NCBI GenBank assembly: GCA_018823135.1
Contig: JAHJJF010000051.1
Span: forward strand, 7,674 to 71,673
Direction of reading: 5' to 3'
DNA: 64,000 bases
Source: Pseudomonadota bacterium
Lineage (GTDB): Bacteria > Desulfobacterota > Desulfobulbia > Desulfobulbales > CALZHT01
Shown one piece after another: positions 58,291 to 64,000 of the stretch (within the stretch, counting starts at the first letter, position 1; every line of letters starts with the position of its first letter). Made by a program: the position numbers and the translations under genes. The notes under the pieces are model-generated. The model was not told where the DNA came from and made no database searches. It saw only the letters and a list, made by a program, of their open reading frames with translations.

Positions 58291-59859
58291 TTAACCGGAT
58301 GCTTCACTCCTGAGATACATCAGACGGTTCAAACCGTTCAAATAGGCTTTGGCAGCTGCAGTAATGATATCCGGGTCAAGACCGTAACCGATGACAACCC
58401 TGCCGCCATCCTCCATGCGAACCAGAACATCACCCAAAGCATCGGTGCCGCCGGCAAAGGAACTCACCGAAAAAAAGAGCAGTTTACTTTTTGTGCCGGT
58501 GAGTTGCGCGATGGTGCGATATGAGGCATCAATGGGCCCGACACCGATTGACGCGCCCTCTTTCACTTCGCCATTAATCTTCATCCGCACTGCAGCAGTG
58601 GGCAGCTTCATACTGCCGCTCATCACCCCGAGGGAAACCAGTTCATAGACTTCCGGTATCCGGATTATCTCATCCATGATGATCGCTTCCAGGTCTTCGT
58701 CAAAGATTTCCTTGCGCACATCGGCAAGGCTCTTGAATCTGGTAAAAACCCGATCAAGTTTTTCACTGTCCAGCTCATAGCCCAATACTTCAATCCGATC
58801 TTTTAAGGCATGACGGCCGGAATGTTTACCCAGCACCAGATTCCCCTTGGTCAGGCCGATATCCGAGGGGTTCATAATCTCATAGGTTGTGCGTTCCTTC
58901 AGCATCCCGTCCTGATGAATACCGGACTCGTGGGCAAAGGCATTGGCGCCGACAATGGCCTTATTGGGCTGAACCGGCATGCCGGTTATGGTGCTCACCA
59001 TCCGGCTGGTGGTATGAATATGTTCCGCGGCAATATCGGTACGAATGGTGTTCAGCTTATCCGCCCTGGTGCGAATGGCCATGACAACCTCTTCCATTGC
59101 CGTGTTCCCGGCCCGTTCACCGATGCCGTTGATCGTGCACTCAACCTGTCTGGCGCCGGCGTTCACCGCTGCCAGGGAATTTGCCACTGCAAGCCCCAGA
59201 TCGTTATGACAATGGACACTGAGGATGGCTTTTTCAATACTGGGAATATTGTTGATCAGATATTCAATCTGCCGGCCGTATTCATCCGGCAGGGCATAGC
59301 CGGTCGTGTCCGGGTAATTCAGCGTGGTGGCCCCCGCTTGAATCACTGCCTCAAAAACCTTGCAGACGAAATCAAGATCACTTCGGGAAGCATCTTCTGC
59401 GGAAAACTCGATATTGGAGGTATATTTTGCAGCGTGTTGCACTGAAGCTACTGCCAGCTCAAGAACCTGATCACGGTTCATTCTCAGCTTATGCTTCATA
59501 TGTATCTCAGAGGTTGCGAGAAATGTATGTATCCGCGGATTTTCACCGTTTTTGAGGGCTTCCCATGCCCGGTCAATATCCTTGACATTGCAGCGGGCGA
59601 GACCTGCTACCTGGACATTTCTGATATTGTCGGCAATATGCTTCACACAATCAAAATCACCTTTTGAAGCAATAGGAAATCCTGCCTCAATGACATCAAC
59701 CCTTAATTTGACAAGCTGCTCAGCAAGGAGAAATTTTTCCTGCAGGTTCATACTGGCGCCGGGCGATTGCTCACCGTCACGCAGGGTCGTATCAAAAATG
59801 ACAATTTTATGCCGATTATCGACATCAGTATCAGACTGATTTATGCCCATAATAATCAC
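58291..59859 (-). CDS. leuA: 2-isopropylmalate synthase
   Basis: 522 aa with [10 protein letters not shown] and [13 protein letters not shown] and a C-terminal LeuA dimerisation/regulatory domain. The ATG at 59850 is an alternative to the GTG at 59859. Confidence 0.94.
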   Translation of the reverse strand: MIIMGINQSDTDVDNRHKIVIFDTTLRDGEQSPGASMNLQEKFLLAEQLVKLRVDVIEAGFPIASKGDFDCVKHIADNIRNVQVAGLARCNVKDIDRAWEALKNGENPRIHTFLATSEIHMKHKLRMNRDQVLELAVASVQHAAKYTSNIEFSAEDASRSDLDFVCKVFEAVIQAGATTLNYPDTTGYALPDEYGRQIEYLINNIPSIEKAILSVHCHNDLGLAVANSLAAVNAGARQVECTINGIGERAGNTAMEEVVMAIRTRADKLNTIRTDIAAEHIHTTSRMVSTITGMPVQPNKAIVGANAFAHESGIHQDGMLKERTTYEIMNPSDIGLTKGNLVLGKHSGRHALKDRIEVLGYELDSEKLDRVFTRFKSLADVRKEIFDEDLEAIIMDEIIRIPEVYELVSLGVMSGSMKLPTAAVRMKINGEVKEGASIGVGPIDASYRTIAQLTGTKSKLLFFSVSSFAGGTDALGDVLVRMEDGGRVVIGYGLDPDIITAAAKAYLNGLNRLMYLRSEASG

Positions 59860-59932
59860 TCGTAAATTTTATGATTCCGAGGGTCACTCGCGAACCAATC
59901 ATTGATAGTTCAAAAAGGCTTATTTATGGGGA

Positions 59933-60709
59933 TTAGAGCGTTTTATGTTCTTCCTCGGTGGATTCATTGCCTTCCTTTACAAAAAGCTTGAATCCGTCAT
60001 GCACCGGTCCGGATAAAACATAAATCAGACCCAGAAAAAAAAGTGTTACCTGGGGTTCGGTGGCAAGTACCATTATCAATAACACCATAACCACAAGGGC
60101 ATGGAATGTTTTAGCCCTGGTGGTTTCAGGATGCTTGAAACTCTGGTAATGATGCGTACTCACCATAAGATATGAAAGGACATAAACAAGAGCCAGGAGT
60201 GCTTTATCCTGTATGGCAATTTCAAAATCAATGAATTCAAAAAACAGAACTGAGGTGGCGATCATGCCGGCTGCAGCCGGACAAGGCAAACCGGTGAAGG
60301 TATTCTGCGACGAACTGCAATCCTGCGTATTGAAACGTGCCAGCCGTAATGCCGTTGTTGCAACATAGAGGAAAGCCGCCAGCCAGCCGTATCTCCCATA
60401 AGGTTTAAGCACCCAGAGATAGGCAAGCACCGCGGGCGCCACACCAAAAGAAACAAGATCACAGAGGGAATCATATTCCATCCCAAAGCGGCTCGTGGTA
60501 CCGGTCATCCTTGCAACCCTGCCGTCTAGTCCGTCAAAAATCGCCGCGATAATAATTGCCACTGCAGCATTAAAATACATACCGTTCATCGCAGAGACAA
60601 TTGCATAAAAACCACTGAAAAGGCTTGCAGTAGTGAGCATGCTCGGTAAAAGATAAATTGAACCCTTTGGGGCTTCATCGCGTCTTGCTGAAAATTTCAT
60701 GCTTTTCAC
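59933..60709 (-). CDS. pssA: CDP-diacylglycerol--serine O-phosphatidyltransferase
   Basis: 258 aa polytopic protein with the CDP-alcohol phosphatidyltransferase motif DGLDGRVAR...GMEYDSLCD. AAGGAG RBS 8 nt before the GTG at 60709. Confidence 0.9.
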   Translation of the reverse strand: MKSMKFSARRDEAPKGSIYLLPSMLTTASLFSGFYAIVSAMNGMYFNAAVAIIIAAIFDGLDGRVARMTGTTSRFGMEYDSLCDLVSFGVAPAVLAYLWVLKPYGRYGWLAAFLYVATTALRLARFNTQDCSSSQNTFTGLPCPAAAGMIATSVLFFEFIDFEIAIQDKALLALVYVLSYLMVSTHHYQSFKHPETTRAKTFHALVVMVLLIMVLATEPQVTLFFLGLIYVLSGPVHDGFKLFVKEGNESTEEEHKTL

Positions 60710-60873
60710 GATATAATCTCCTTTATTCTATCTAATTCTCTCTTACCATTGAGGAATGTATTATATTACTAACAGCGTGGAAAACTGCAATAATTAATGA
60801 TCCTAACATTTCCTGATTTTTTTAAACATCTAAAACCAGGATCTGAAAATTTCGCAACACAAAACTACGCTAG

Positions 60874-61005
60874 GAGCCTGTCGGAGAATTAAGATCGTAA
60901 CGTAAAAGTGAGGAATCGAGAGCAGATTTTCGGAAATATGAGCCGATTTTAACGTTTTCGGAGTCTTCGCTGCCTGCAGTAAATTCGGAATTCTCCGACA
61001 GGCTC
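60874..61005. repeat. 132-bp element with perfect 17-nt terminal inverted repeats in the psd-pssA spacer
   Basis: GAGCCTGTCGGAGAATT (60874-60890) and AATTCTCCGACAGGCTC (60989-61005). The core carries repeated (A/G)TTTTCGGA(A/G) motifs. Confidence 0.85.
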
Positions 61006-61051
61006 ATAATAACACCATAGATTTTCTGCAGAGGAAAGCTATTAATCAGGG

Positions 61052-61696
61052 TTAAGAGAGATACCCGAGGATGGTCTCGCCGGCAACTACCTTCTGACCA
61101 ACGGTCACCTCCAGTTGAACCTGCAATGGAAGATATAAATCAACTCTTGAGCCGAACCGGATAAGACCGAACCTTTGTCCCTTGCCCAAACGGTCACCCT
61201 TGACAGCCCAGCAGACTATGCGGCGGGCGATGAGGCCTGCAACCTGGACAACAGCCATCTTGCGGCCTGATTCGGTGGTTATGATCAAGGCGTTACACTC
61301 GTTTTCAAGGGCACCGCGTTCCGAGTTTGCAGAAAAAAAATGTCCCTGGGAATAACGGATTTTTGTCACAAGTCCCGGAAATGGCATCCTGTTCACATGG
61401 ACATTGAATACATTCATGAAAATACTGAGCTTATACACATGCTCCTTGACATATTTATCGTCGAATATCCTTTCAATGGTAATAATTTTCCCGTCTGCCG
61501 GAGCAACCAGAACATCTTCTTCTTCAGGAGATATTCTTTCAGGGTCACGGAAAAAGTACAGGACAAAACAAGTGATCAACAATGATGTCAACGCGAGGAT
61601 ATCATATCTCAGCAAACCGAATACAATGGCCATCAAAGCAGCAAAGCCGATAAACGGGTAGCCTTCGAGGGCAACGGGAACTCGTGGTTCTTTCAT
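61052..61696 (-). CDS. psd: Phosphatidylserine decarboxylase proenzyme (short form)
   Basis: 214 aa with an N-terminal TM, and the FGSR self-cleavage site in GLIRFGSRVDLYLP. Confidence 0.9.
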   Translation of the reverse strand: MKEPRVPVALEGYPFIGFAALMAIVFGLLRYDILALTSLLITCFVLYFFRDPERISPEEEDVLVAPADGKIITIERIFDDKYVKEHVYKLSIFMNVFNVHVNRMPFPGLVTKIRYSQGHFFSANSERGALENECNALIITTESGRKMAVVQVAGLIARRIVCWAVKGDRLGKGQRFGLIRFGSRVDLYLPLQVQLEVTVGQKVVAGETILGYLS

Positions 61697-61724
61697 ATAA
61701 TCATCATCAGAAATAGTTTGTTGT

Positions 61725-61820
61725 TGTCGGCTTGTAAAAAAGGACGATGCCGACGAGTATTCCTCTAATAATTTATTGAAATTATTAGAGGCGACATTAC
61801 TGTGTCCGAATTTTTACATG
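61725..61820 (-). repeat. Copy of the ~100-bp structured intergenic element family in the psd leader
   Basis: TGTCGGCTTGTAAAAAAGGACGATGCCGACGAGTATTCCTCTAATAAT-TTATTGAA-ATTATTAGAGGCGACATTAC...TTTTTACA. It has a perfect 11-bp central stem and a closing TGTAAAAA/TTTTTACA stem. Confidence 0.8.
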
Positions 61821-61937
61821 GTCTCAATCGTTCAATGCTGTCAAAAAAACCACGTAAAACCAGATAACACTATGGCATAAAATAAGCAATAATGTAACTC
61901 CGGATTTGCTCAGCAGGACACTTTTTGTTGTATGCAA

Positions 61938-61976
61938 TAAATCAAAGGGCAGACCATCTTATGATGACCTGCCCCA
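61938..61976 (-). terminator. Probable rho-independent terminator after ilvN
   Basis: The minus-strand RNA reads GGGGCAGG-14 nt-UCUGCCCU (6 Watson-Crick pairs plus 2 G.U) followed by UUGAUUUAUU. Confidence 0.5.
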
Positions 61977-62072
61977 GGAATTGTAATATATGTTTTCCCG
62001 ATGTTAAATCCACGACAAGATATCAGGAATGATCTCTACTCTCCGGCTATCAGACAGAAATGCTCCAGAAAA

Positions 62073-62555
62073 TCAGTTTTTCCTGGCTCTTACCATTGCA
62101 ATGGTGCCGGTTCTGATGATTTCCTGAATACCAATTGGCCTGAATATATCAATAACCGCCTGAATCTTGCTGGCAGTCCCGGTAATTTCAACGGCATAGC
62201 TTTTAGGGCTCACATCAACAACTTTACCACGGAAAATATCGATGGTCCGCAAAACTTCGGCTCTGGTTTCCGAGTCGGCCTTGACCCTGATAAGAGCCAT
62301 CTCCCGTTCGACATTTTCAACTTCATTCATATCCGTAACTTTGATCACGTCAATAAGCTTATGAAGTTGTTTGGTTATCTGCTCGACAATATTATCATCA
62401 CCATCTGTTACCAAAGTGAGACAGGAAACATCATTATCCAGTGTGGGAGCGACGGCAAGACTTTCGATATTGAAGCCTCGGCCACTGAACAGTCCTGTTA
62501 CCCTTGAAAGAACTCCAGGTTTGTTCATCAATAATACAGAAATTGTGTGTTTCAT
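62073..62555 (-). CDS. ilvN: Acetolactate synthase small (regulatory) subunit
   Basis: 160 aa. MKHTISVLLMNKPGVLSRVTGLFSGRGFNIESL is a classic ACT-domain N-terminus. Confidence 0.94.
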   Translation of the reverse strand: MKHTISVLLMNKPGVLSRVTGLFSGRGFNIESLAVAPTLDNDVSCLTLVTDGDDNIVEQITKQLHKLIDVIKVTDMNEVENVEREMALIRVKADSETRAEVLRTIDIFRGKVVDVSPKSYAVEITGTASKIQAVIDIFRPIGIQEIIRTGTIAMVRARKN

Positions 62556-62604
62556 AGTTTTACCCTAATCAATTATGAATACATAAACAGTCAAAATTAG
62601 AAAT

Positions 62605-62706
62605 TATCGACATCGTCAAAAGCACGATGCGCAAGCGTATTCCGCCTTTCACTTTTTAAATAATTGAAGGCGATAATCCAACATCAGACTTTTCGGAGTT
62701 TCGCAT
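62605..62706 (-). repeat. Copy of the ~100-bp structured intergenic element family in the ilvB-ilvN spacer
   Basis: TATCGACATCGTCAAAAGCACGATGCGCAAGCGTATTCCGCCTTTCA...TGAAGGCGATAATCCAACATCAGAC aligns with the 9631, 21311 and 61725 copies. Confidence 0.8.
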
Positions 62707-62742
62707 CTATTATTTTCCTGCGAGACCATCGTTAATTTCCTG

Positions 62743-64000
62743 TTAGACCAACAGCATTTCCGTGGTAGCTTTTCCCGCCGGAACCATTGGATAAACACCC
62801 TCTTCCCTGGCAATAACAAAATCCATAATAACCGTATTATCAGTAGCGAGAGCTTCCCTGATTACCGGCTCAACCTCGCTGGGTTTCGTGGCTCGCAACC
62901 CGACTGCGCCGTAAGCCTGAGCAAGGGCGACAAAATCCGGGGCCGTTTCCAGTCCGGTATGGGCATATTTCTTATCGTAGAACAATTCCTGCCATTGTCG
63001 AACCATTCCCAGATAATTATTGTTGAGGATTGCAACTTTGACAGGCAACTTATATTGCCGGGCGGTTGCAAGCTCTTGAATATTCATTTGAATACTGCCA
63101 TCCCCGGCAATATCAATAACCGTCCTGTCCCGAGCCGCCATCTGGGCGCCGATCGCCGCAGGCAGACCATAGCCCATAACCCCAAGACCACCAGATGTAA
63201 GGAAAGTCCGGGGATGATTGAAATGGTAAAACTGCGCGGCCCACATCTGGTTCTGGCCGACCTCGGTTGAGATAATCGCATCACCATTGGTTAATTCATG
63301 CAGTTTCTGGACAACAAATTGTGGCTTGATGACATCCGGCACCTCTAAATATCCAAGGGGATGTTTGATCTTCCAGTCACTAATCTGCTCAAGCCAGGCT
63401 TCATGTTTTTCCGCAGATTCTTCCTTTTTAAATTCATCATTCCGGTCAAACCAGGTATTCATCGCGGTGAGCGCATGCTTGCAATCCGCAACAATAGGTA
63501 TATCAACCCTGACATTCTTACTGATTGATGATGGATCAATGTCAATATGAATGATTTTGGCGTGCGGCGCAAAAGCATCAATCCTGCCGGTTACCCGATC
63601 ATCAAATCTCGATCCCACGGCAATAAGCAGATCGCAGTTGGCTACCGCCATATTCGCATAATAGGTTCCGTGCATCCCAAGCATCCCCATAGACAGAGGA
63701 TCGGTTCCGGGAAACCCCCCCAATCCCATGAGTGTCATGGTGACCGGAACCGACAATTTCGTTGCCAGATCGGTTAATTCTTCATGTGACTTGGAAGCAA
63801 TAACGCCGCCGCCGGCATAAATAACCGGTTTCCTGGCTTTCATAATTGCTTTGCAGGCCTTTTCAATCTGACCCGGGTGCGGCTCATAGGTCGGCCGGTA
63901 TGTACGCATCTTAACCGGTTTCGGTTCGGGGAAATTAAACATTGCGCTAACAATATCTTTCGGCAGATCAACGAGAACCGGACCCGGTCGACCAGTCCGC
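62743..64000 (-). CDS. ilvB: Acetolactate synthase large subunit (5' end outside the window)
   Basis: The reading frame is open to the window edge (…GRPGPVLVDLPKDIV…). The TPP-binding motif GDGSIQMNIQEL is present, and the stop is at 62743. Confidence 0.94.
   Translation of the reverse strand, partial: RTGRPGPVLVDLPKDIVSAMFNFPEPKPVKMRTYRPTYEPHPGQIEKACKAIMKARKPVIYAGGGVIASKSHEELTDLATKLSVPVTMTLMGLGGFPGTDPLSMGMLGMHGTYYANMAVANCDLLIAVGSRFDDRVTGRIDAFAPHAKIIHIDIDPSSISKNVRVDIPIVADCKHALTAMNTWFDRNDEFKKEESAEKHEAWLEQISDWKIKHPLGYLEVPDVIKPQFVVQKLHELTNGDAIISTEVGQNQMWAAQFYHFNHPRTFLTSGGLGVMGYGLPAAIGAQMAARDRTVIDIAGDGSIQMNIQELATARQYKLPVKVAILNNNYLGMVRQWQELFYDKKYAHTGLETAPDFVALAQAYGAVGLRATKPSEVEPVIREALATDNTVIMDFVIAREEGVYPMVPAGKATTEMLLV

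Overview
This is a 64-kb chromosomal window. Its gene content looks like a Desulfobacterota-type anaerobe. That is my inference from the multihaem c-type cytochromes, a cytoplasmic group-3-like [NiFe]-hydrogenase, many cNMP/c-di-GMP-type sensor proteins and an ilvBN-psd-pssA-leuAB gene string; nothing was computed. I support about 55 protein-coding genes. I recognised no rRNA, tRNA, CRISPR array, transposase or prophage gene.

Gene content, left to right: glgB, a DUF3524 (queuosine-mannosyltransferase-like) glycosyltransferase, an aminotransferase, djlA-like, ftsY, an ispH fused to a UbiA-like membrane domain, DUF2156, lon plus hsp20, PilZ, a PpiC-type PPIase, a cytochrome-c/TPR cluster, leuCD, an HD-GspE_N-GAF protein, yejABEF-type peptide ABC transporter, a two-gene [NiFe]-hydrogenase, a CHASE2 Ser/Thr kinase plus PP2C, HDOD-GAF, a few small orphan genes, an OmpA-like lipoprotein, a CPA2-RCK antiporter, a periplasmic rhodanese plus split YeeE/YedE, an M28 peptidase, a Tat molybdoenzyme, and coaD-rsmD-asd-leuB-leuA-pssA-psd-ilvN-ilvB.

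Most interesting observations:
1. The hydrogenase small subunit carries two N-terminal cyclic-nucleotide-binding domains. Its large subunit stops exactly at the Ni-site histidine. The operon sits back-to-back with a kinase/phosphatase pair.
2. A family of roughly 100-bp structured intergenic repeats occupies almost every spacer of the ilv-leu-asd gene string. It occurs as a near-perfect 107-bp tandem duplication upstream of ispH. Stems covary, and G.U-only pairs point to an RNA on the gene-coding strand.
3. Four further long-hairpin (inverted-repeat) elements have related arm sequences.
4. The IspH-prenyltransferase fusion.

All calls rest on reading the sequence and ORF translations by eye. 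Start codons and domain boundaries are approximate.
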